Below, piece after piece: positions 8,203-13,425 of a stretch of 13,425 nt of DNA. Made by a program: the position numbers and the translations under genes. The notes under the pieces are model-generated. The model saw only the letters and a list, made by a program, of their open reading frames with translations, was not told where the DNA came from and searched no databases. The DNA comes from an uncultured Deinococcales bacterium (GTDB lineage Bacteria > Deinococcota > Deinococci > Deinococcales > JAAFIG01), in assembly GCA_964247135.1 (NCBI GenBank), contig CAXTTL010000132.1, positions 1-13,425 of the forward strand. Direction: 5' to 3'. Each line of letters starts with the position of its first letter. Position 1 is the stretch's first letter.

Positions 8203-8589
8203 TCAAGACGGTTGCAGCAAAAGCTTGCTTTTAAACAGGGTCTGCTTGGAGGCTTGTTTGCCAGAATTGAAGGCTGCATGGACGCTCTGGGAGGTTTCAC
8301 CGGTGAACAAAATCGCCATCGAATTGAAAAGCCCCGTCAACTCGAGGATCAAACGCACGGTGTCCGAAATGCCGGTGATGCAAAATTCTTCGTTGGCGTC
8401 GCGGAATCGACCTTGGGCGGCTTGCAGGGCGGCAATGCCTGAAAGATCGATGAAACTGACGCGGCTCAGGTCAACAAAGGTGGGTTGGTCTGTTTGTAGG
8501 GCGTCCTGGAACTGGTTGACGCGGTGCGCATCGAATCGTCCTTCGAGGTTGAGAAAGCGTTGGTTGTTTTGGGTTTGAACTGGGTACAT
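8203..8589 (-). CDS. STAS domain protein (anti-sigma factor antagonist-like), 128 aa
   Basis: Start reassigned to the ATG at 8589 (MYPVQ...), which has RBS AAGGAG at 8601-8596. Motifs LEGRFD, VDLSRVSFIDLSG and VRLILELTGL match the SpoIIAA/RsbV pattern. Confidence 0.85.
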   Translation of the reverse strand: MYPVQTQNNQRFLNLEGRFDAHRVNQFQDALQTDQPTFVDLSRVSFIDLSGIAALQAAQGRFRDANEEFCITGISDTVRLILELTGLFNSMAILFTGETSQSVHAAFNSGKQASKQTLFKSKLLLQPS

Positions 8590-8663
8590 GTTGTTCTCCT
8601 TCAAGGATTGAGCAATTGCGCCTGTGGTTGACGATCTGCCGATATTGGTTTCACCTGACTGGC

Positions 8664-9902
8664 TTACCTGAGTGTCAAGGTAGAATTTCGTAACTTTGCC
8701 GCTCGAGAAGGGCTTGAAAAACGAAGTCTTTGAAAGAGCTTGACGAACTCGGCGGCGACGTCCGAAATCTGAATGTCTGTCGCGGCGCGGTAATTTGCCA
8801 AGCCCAAGCTGGCGGCATGTCCGCTTGGCTCGAGCACCCGCCACAACGCCTCTGCCAAACTCCTGGCGTTTTCTGGTTCAAAAAATTCTGCCTGATAGCC
8901 TTCGTCTTTGATCAAATCTGCCAGGTCGCCAATTTGGGGCATGACTGCGGCGCGGGCGTACTCGCCTGCTTGGTGCAAAACGCCGCTCGAGCCGGTGGTG
9001 CTTTTATAAGGAAAGGCGACCACGCTGCATTGCTCAAAAATTTCTGCCACCTTTTCCTCTGGAACGTAACCGGTAAAGGTGATGTTCGGCACGCGAATGT
9101 ACTTTTGACGGGTGCGCTCGAGGTATCCGGCGGCATTGGGCGAGTCGCTGCCGGCGATCACCAATCGAATGTTTTTATCGTAGCCAAGCAGTATCTGATG
9201 GGCTTCGATCAGACTCTCAATTGTCTTGTAGGTGCCAAACTTTCCAAAGGTCATGACCGTTCGGGTGCTTGGCAGCGGTTTCGGGACCCCAATCGAGAAG
9301 GCGCCGTGCGGTGAGTGAAAAACATTTTTGGCGCGGTACTTGTCTTTTAAAATGTTCACGTAACGCGGCATGGTCGTACCGACCAAACTGCTGCCCAAAA
9401 GGGCTTTGGTGAACAACCAACCCGCCGCCCTGGTGATGCGTTCCATGACGGGGTTGTGACCAAAACCGGCTTGCTTGAAATCGACGGTTTCCATGATGTT
9501 ATGCAGCAACGAAATGCTTGGCGTGCCGAGCACCTGAGACGCCATCGGTGAAAGTAAGCCCAGGGCTGCTGGAATTTTTTGGTCGCCAAAAGACGCGAAT
9601 TGCAAATTGTAGAGCACACCGCTGGCTTGGCTGGCACGCAATGCCGATTGAATTTTAATCAGGCTGAACGGATCGTTGAAACGCCAGACCCGCCGCACCT
9701 CGAGCTTGGGATGCTGAATGCTTTCTGGGAGGTTGGTGACATCTGCCAAAACCGTGACTTTGGCGACTTCTGGCAAATCGAGCAATGCCCGAACCAGGTG
9801 TTCACCGTATTCCGTCAGCGTGCCTCGGCTGGGTGGGAACGCGCTGACCACGCACAGATGAAGGGATTTTGCCGATTGATTTGTTTGGCTGTTGGTTTTC
9901 AT
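8664..9902 (-). CDS. Glycosyltransferase, GT-B fold, GT4-like
   Basis: VVSAFPPSRGTLTEY, FGKFGTYKTIESLIEA, LVIAG, FTGYVPEE and VAFPY...SGVL. The ATG at 9902 is preferred over the TTG at 9908 because of -10 spacing. Confidence 0.88.
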   Translation of the reverse strand: MKTNSQTNQSAKSLHLCVVSAFPPSRGTLTEYGEHLVRALLDLPEVAKVTVLADVTNLPESIQHPKLEVRRVWRFNDPFSLIKIQSALRASQASGVLYNLQFASFGDQKIPAALGLLSPMASQVLGTPSISLLHNIMETVDFKQAGFGHNPVMERITRAAGWLFTKALLGSSLVGTTMPRYVNILKDKYRAKNVFHSPHGAFSIGVPKPLPSTRTVMTFGKFGTYKTIESLIEAHQILLGYDKNIRLVIAGSDSPNAAGYLERTRQKYIRVPNITFTGYVPEEKVAEIFEQCSVVAFPYKSTTGSSGVLHQAGEYARAAVMPQIGDLADLIKDEGYQAEFFEPENARSLAEALWRVLEPSGHAASLGLANYRAATDIQISDVAAEFVKLFQRLRFSSPSRAAKLRNSTLTLR

Positions 9903-9960
9903 GTCCAAACTATATCATGCAATTCTTACAAAAATCTTAAAAAATTCACTTATATCAAAT
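9903..9960 (-). promoter_or_regulatory. Leaderless promoter of the GT-STAS-PGM operon (extended -10 TGaTATAGT at 9917-9909)
   Basis: TG-n-TATAGT lies exactly 6 nt before the ATG at 9902, with no clear SD. AT-rich upstream block. Confidence 0.65.
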
Positions 9961-10033
9961 TTACCAAGTAACACTGGCTTCGTGGTGTTTTGTAACATCA
10001 AAGACTCAGAAAATTTCGACAACGTATCCTCTC

Positions 10034-10170
10034 ATACGGAATTAACGAGAACACTCCGTTATTCCGCTTCGCTCCACAACTCCGTTAACCTCGTTGATTC
10101 CGTACTTTTGCCACTCCCGTTGGTCGGGGGAACAGTCGATAAAGCATGACTGTTCCCCGCAATTTGGTAT
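10034..10170. repeat. Small non-coding palindromic repeat / MITE-like element
   Basis: 15-bp IR TACGGAATTAACGAG (10035-10049) / CTCGTTGATTCCGTA (10090-10104) with 1 mismatch, and an internal direct repeat ACTCCGTTA. Adjacent perfect 11-bp hairpin GGGGAACAGTC (10127-10137) / GACTGTTCCCC (10148-10158). Confidence 0.6.
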
Positions 10171-10354
10171 CATTTCCTGCGGATGAACGATTTGGTGAGC
10201 GTAGACCAGATGGGTTCTTTATCGACTTTGATGCAGGCGCGGCTTGGCAAAGTCAAAATATGACCAGAAAAAAGTGAGGTCACCCTTTGTTGACAGCCCC
10301 CAATTAAACCTCACCATTGGACCACCGACACGTGATGACCAGCATCGATTGGGA

Positions 10355-10480
10355 TTGTTTGCGAAAAAGTTAGGATACGCTCGCTCGAGCTTCACTGCCG
10401 ACGTGTACCGTCACACGTTCGAGGATGAACATCTTGCGGCTGTGCGTTTAAGTGATTTACCAGACTCGAGGCGTTTCTAA
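10355..10480 (+). pseudogene. C-terminal fragment of a tyrosine recombinase/integrase
   Basis: Translation AKKLGYARSSFTADVYRHTFEDE resembles box II (LG[H/W]...T..Y). No upstream H-x-x-R motif or N-terminal domains were found. It points toward the tRNA-derived att site. Confidence 0.6.
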
Positions 10481-10550
10481 AGTGCCCAAATTTCGGTTGC
10501 ACGCCGGTTACACACTTGGAGAACAGATATTTTTGCACCCACTTCTCGAG

Positions 10551-10585
10551 AAATAAAGAAACCCCGCTTAAAACGGGGTTTTCTT
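10551..10585 (-). terminator. Intrinsic terminator downstream of the tRNA 3' end
   Basis: Minus strand AAACCCCG-TTTTAAG-CGGGGTTT followed by CTTTATTT, directly after the CCA. Confidence 0.75.
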
Positions 10586-10630
10586 TGGTCGGGGTGGCGA
10601 GATTTGAACTCACGACCACTTGACCCCCAG
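10586..10630 (-). other. 3' half of tRNA-Pro(GGG): att junction, not an intact tRNA
   Basis: Minus strand CTGGGGG TCAAG TGGTC GTGAG TTCAAAT CTCGC CACCCCG ACCA gives the anticodon loop (GGG), T-arm, acceptor 3' strand and CCA (45 nt). The upstream sequence cannot form the 5' acceptor, D-arm or 5' anticodon stem. Confidence 0.88.
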
Positions 10631-10746
10631 AAGCCAAAGAGGGAAACCGAGAGAATCAAAAGGAGTCTAAAGAGGTCGTTATACACGTATTCTCGAGAAG
10701 TCCCTAAACTCTTGTGACCTACTAGAAACCAGCAAAAACGGGTGCG

Positions 10747-10768
10747 GTTGGTCACGGTGTTGGTCACG
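10747..10768 (+). repeat. Tandem direct repeat, candidate integrase arm-type sites
   Basis: GTTGGTCACG at 10747-10756 and 10759-10768 (12-bp period), about 120 bp inside the att core. Confidence 0.5.
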
Positions 10769-10841
10769 ACTCGAGACAGTAGATATTGATTCTAAAAAAT
10801 TTATCAATGCTACAAGGGTGACGTGTTTCACGCGAGAAATT

Positions 10842-11315
10842 CTAAGTATGAAACTGAGCAGGTACAGTTAGGTCTTGTTTGTAAACTCTAGAACCTGTTG
10901 GACCAAAAATGAATTCAACCTGTACTGGGAATTCTGAGTCAAGATTGGGCGTGTAAAAGTTTTTCACATTCAGAATCAGTTCCGTTTGTCCAGGCTCGAG
11001 AATAAAAGAACCAAAATACTCCATTCTTTCATGCCTCGCTGCTACTAACCGAACTCCTGCAATTTGAACTCTTAAAATAAAAATAAATCCATTCGACATA
11101 TTTACCAAAATAGGTCCTTTATCAGATTCGAGCAATTGAAGTGAGGGCGTGCGAAGATCAGTTCGCATTTGTTCATTTATCTGAACATACCGTTGTGTGT
11201 CGTCAGCATATTTTTTCGTTACTCTCCAAATTGCAACCGCAACAATGACGCTTCCTAGAGTTGATAAACTCGAGATGATTTCCAAAAAGGTTTTCCACAA
11301 AGGAGTGTCAGACAT
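10842..11315 (-). CDS. Hypothetical protein with a single N-terminal TM helix (element cargo)
   Basis: 157-aa ORF in AT-rich DNA, with hydrophobic segment IISSLSTLGSVIVAVAIW followed by a predicted beta-rich region. No family recognised. Confidence 0.7.
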   Translation of the reverse strand: MSDTPLWKTFLEIISSLSTLGSVIVAVAIWRVTKKYADDTQRYVQINEQMRTDLRTPSLQLLESDKGPILVNMSNGFIFILRVQIAGVRLVAARHERMEYFGSFILEPGQTELILNVKNFYTPNLDSEFPVQVEFIFGPTGSRVYKQDLTVPAQFHT

Positions 11316-11389
11316 AGGACGTTTATAATATAGGCTTTGGGGGATAAGTGCTTTTTGGAGTTGAGGGTAACTTAATTCATTGAATACGT

Positions 11390-12310
11390 TTAGGCTTTTC
11401 CTGACCGATGAATCGCTTTTCGACAGGCATCACCACACCATTTGCGTTTTTTTACGTTTTTGTATCCTAAAACAAACCATTTTTTGCATTTTTTGTTTTC
11501 GCACTGCCTAATTTCAATATTTCGAGTCACTGCTTTTGAGAATTGCAACCACAAGGCATCTAAAAGGCTTTCAGGTACGATCATTAAATCCAAGTGCCAA
11601 CTTAACGGCTTGGTTGCGTCCCAAAGTACATTCAGGCGCATGTGGGCTAATCTTTCGTTCAAACTCTCGAGCAGCAAATGACGTGCTGCATGTTCTATGG
11701 TTGGATTTTCTATGTTTTCTGGTAACTCGATCTTTTTGAACTTCAGATTCGGATCGTGTTTTCTTACTACCAGTCGCCCGCTTGGTTGCAATCTCTCAAC
11801 AGATTGAGGGTCTTCAGCATAAATCCATTCCCTACGGTTTGGTGTCAGTTGATGCAGGTAAGCACTTAATCCAGAAGTGTCTTCGTTTCGGAGCAAGACC
11901 CAAATATCAAAAAAGTGTTTCATGTCTCGAATTGCTTGAAGCCATGCTTCAAGCAATTCGCCGACTTCCGCCGCGTTGTGATGCCATACAAAAATGGTTT
12001 TTTCTGGCTCTTTCTGGTTTGAGGCACAATTCTCTGACAGTTTTCTTGCCATGACCCCTGATCGTGGAAACAAGTGTCCAAACCTGCCTGCAAAGGCAAG
12101 AATTGACTTTTCAGTCAGGCTGAGATTGGCGAATTTATCCCATGCAGGGGTTTGCTCGAAAAGCGGAAAAATTCGACTTTTTTGAATTGAACCTGTCCTG
12201 CGAGGCACAAGCACACGGTATTGAATCCCGTCGTCTTTGGATTCATCAGGCATGTCTTGGAACTCGTACCCGTCAACATTGACTGTGCAAACAAAATATT
12301 CGATTGACAT
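11390..12310 (-). CDS. CGNR-type zinc-finger protein, putative DNA-binding regulator
   Basis: C-terminal IRQCENKKCKKWF...RKWCGDACRKAIHR matches the zf-CGNR pattern. Start reassigned to the ATG at 12310, which has RBS AAGGAG (12323-12318). Confidence 0.75.
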   Translation of the reverse strand: MSIEYFVCTVNVDGYEFQDMPDESKDDGIQYRVLVPRRTGSIQKSRIFPLFEQTPAWDKFANLSLTEKSILAFAGRFGHLFPRSGVMARKLSENCASNQKEPEKTIFVWHHNAAEVGELLEAWLQAIRDMKHFFDIWVLLRNEDTSGLSAYLHQLTPNRREWIYAEDPQSVERLQPSGRLVVRKHDPNLKFKKIELPENIENPTIEHAARHLLLESLNERLAHMRLNVLWDATKPLSWHLDLMIVPESLLDALWLQFSKAVTRNIEIRQCENKKCKKWFVLGYKNVKKRKWCGDACRKAIHRSGKA

Positions 12311-12338
12311 CTTTGAACTCCTTAAATCACTTTTGTCT

Positions 12339-12374
12339 ACGGTCAAGTCTATAGTTGACCGTCTTGTTTTGCAA
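12339..12374 (-). promoter_or_regulatory. Sigma70-type promoter with overlapping inverted-repeat operator
   Basis: Minus-strand TTGCAA (12374-12369), 17-nt spacer, TAGACT (12351-12346). Perfect IR ACGGTCAA-N8-TTGACCGT (12339-12362) straddles the -10. Confidence 0.6.
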
Positions 12375-12449
12375 ACCGTCTAAACCTAAAGTGATCTCGT
12401 GTACTCGAGTAAAGCGCGTATCACGCGTTTTTAGCACAAAGGAGCTTGT

Positions 12450-12635
12450 ATGGATAATTTAGAGACTGCACCAGAAGTCCTCAATACGCGCGAACTACAA
12501 AAAATCACACGTCTTGGGCGTGAAAGCGTCCAACAACTTTTCCGAAATGGAACACTGCCAAATCTCGGTAATACAAAACGATTTTTAACGTCTCGAGCAG
12601 CACTGAAACGCTTTCTCGAGCAGGGGCAAAAATGA
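12450..12635 (+). CDS. Excisionase-like small helix-turn-helix protein (HTH_17/AlpA-like)
   Basis: 61 aa with RBS AAAGGAG. EVLNTRELQKITRLGRESVQQLFRNGTLP...RFLTSRAALKRFL fits the Xis-type winged-HTH pattern. Confidence 0.8.
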   Translation: MDNLETAPEVLNTRELQKITRLGRESVQQLFRNGTLPNLGNTKRFLTSRAALKRFLEQGQK

Positions 12636-12838
12636 ACAACAGCGCTGGCAGCTCTTGGCAGGACGAAGACAAACGTCACCTCACTTTCGCGCATGAAATG
12701 GCATTGCTCGAGGGCACAGCACTGCTCGAACTTGCCTTTAAACCCTCGAGCAGTGCGGCGCGTGAGGTGTTGGCGATGGTCGCTCGAGTTTTAAACGCGA
12801 CTAACAAAGCGAGTGAGGCGGGATGCAATGGCGCGTGA
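12632..12838 (+). CDS. Hypothetical protein, 68 aa
   Basis: ATGA overlap with the HTH gene, and overlap with the downstream primase start. Confidence 0.6.
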   Translation: MNNSAGSSWQDEDKRHLTFAHEMALLEGTALLELAFKPSSSAAREVLAMVARVLNATNKASEAGCNGA

Positions 12839-13425
12839 TGACTTGCGAGACGCATTGACAAGCGACTCTAACAGCATTTCCGCAATCCTCGAGAGCCTTG
12901 GCGTTAACACATCACACTTGCCCTTGAAGGGCGGTGTGATGTGTGACCCGCGCCCAGGTCACGAAGAAAGCAATCCTAGTTTTGCAGTGTCTCGAGGTTC
13001 TGACGGCGTGGACTTATGGAATCGGTTCGGTGGTGACGGCAAAAGCGGAAACGGTTATCACCTCTTACTCGAGTTTGGGTACAGCCCAAATGAAGCCGCT
13101 AAGTTTCTGAAAGATCGTGCTGGTATGACGAAACCTTTAAACACTCGAGCACAATCAATCACCAAAGCAGTGAAAGCAGATAAACCTGTGCCAAATTACA
13201 AACCTGTTAGCCTCTTGGTGTCTCAGAAGCTCGAGAAAGCACAGCAAAACTTGGTAGCACTCGAAACCTTGCCCGACTGCTTGACCGCTCGAGGATTTGA
13301 TTCTGCGATGTGTGAACAGTACAAACTTGGATTCGAGAATGACGCTGTGATGATTCCGATTTATCGCGGTGCTGACTTGGTGCAAATCAAACAACGCAAT
13401 CCAAACAGAGAACAACCGCGTTACA
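12828..13425 (+). CDS. DnaG-like DNA primase of a mobile element, 3' partial (absent from the ORF track)
   Basis: Hand translation from the ATG at 12828 stays open to the window end: MARDDLRDAL...CDPRPGHEESNPSFAV...LWNRFGGDGKSGN...CLTARGFD...YKLGF...VMIPIYRGADLVQIKQR...PRY. This resembles a CHC2-like zinc-binding domain plus the start of the primase catalytic core. Confidence 0.78.
   Translation, partial: MARDDLRDALTSDSNSISAILESLGVNTSHLPLKGGVMCDPRPGHEESNPSFAVSRGSDGVDLWNRFGGDGKSGNGYHLLLEFGYSPNEAAKFLKDRAGMTKPLNTRAQSITKAVKADKPVPNYKPVSLLVSQKLEKAQQNLVALETLPDCLTARGFDSAMCEQYKLGFENDAVMIPIYRGADLVQIKQRNPNREQPRY

Larger units (their letters stand above)
10586..13425. mobile_element. Left end of a tRNA-Pro-integrated element (phage satellite / integrative plasmid-like), continuing beyond the window
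   Basis: att fragment, shift to visibly more AT-rich DNA, a divergent regulator and excisionase-like HTH gene, and a primase. Confidence 0.8.

Noticed and set aside
8590-8844. N-terminal extension of the STAS ORF given in the track (213 aa)
   Set aside because: It overlaps the glycosyltransferase 3' end, and a strong RBS precedes the ATG at 8589.
63-9637. Numerous 60-190 aa antisense or alternate-frame ORFs within the host genes
   Set aside because: Expected shadows in GC-rich coding DNA, with no motifs or translation signals noticed.
10120-10129. TTGGTCGGGG, identical to the tRNA 3' end, as a second att site
   Set aside because: Only 10 nt long and overlapping the hairpin of the small repeat. 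It cannot be distinguished from chance, though it is not fully excluded.
10244-10480. Functional 78-aa protein
   Set aside because: TTG start without an RBS. Only the 3' part resembles an integrase, so it is treated as a remnant.
10586-10665. Intact tRNA-Pro gene
   Set aside because: The 5' half (acceptor 5' strand, D-arm, 5' anticodon stem) is absent, so only the att-duplicated 3' half is present.
12431-13415. Minus-strand ORFs 12431-12694, 12676-12861 and 13155-13415
   Set aside because: They are antisense to the coupled xis-ORF-primase genes on the plus strand.

Overview
Bacterial chromosomal window, possibly Deinococcota (inferred from leaderless TANNNT-N6-ATG promoters and repeat style; not verified). 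The left part holds a 5'-truncated GAF + HD-GYP gene. It converges on a minus-strand polysaccharide O-acetylation operon (algI-, algJ-, algF-, algX-like), upstream of which lies a second minus-strand operon (GT4 glycosyltransferase, STAS protein, phosphohexomutase). The two operons have homologous promoters, 50/69 nt identical without gaps. In the alg copy the leaderless ATG opens a 17-codon uORF coupled to algI. The right part contains small palindromic repeats, a tyrosine-integrase remnant and a 45-nt 3' half of tRNA-Pro(GGG) marking an att junction. Beyond it begins an integrated satellite/plasmid-like element: a membrane cargo gene, a zf-CGNR-like regulator, a divergent excisionase-like HTH gene, a small ORF, and a primase missing from the ORF track. 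The palindrome CTCGAG is roughly 20-fold over-represented across the window.
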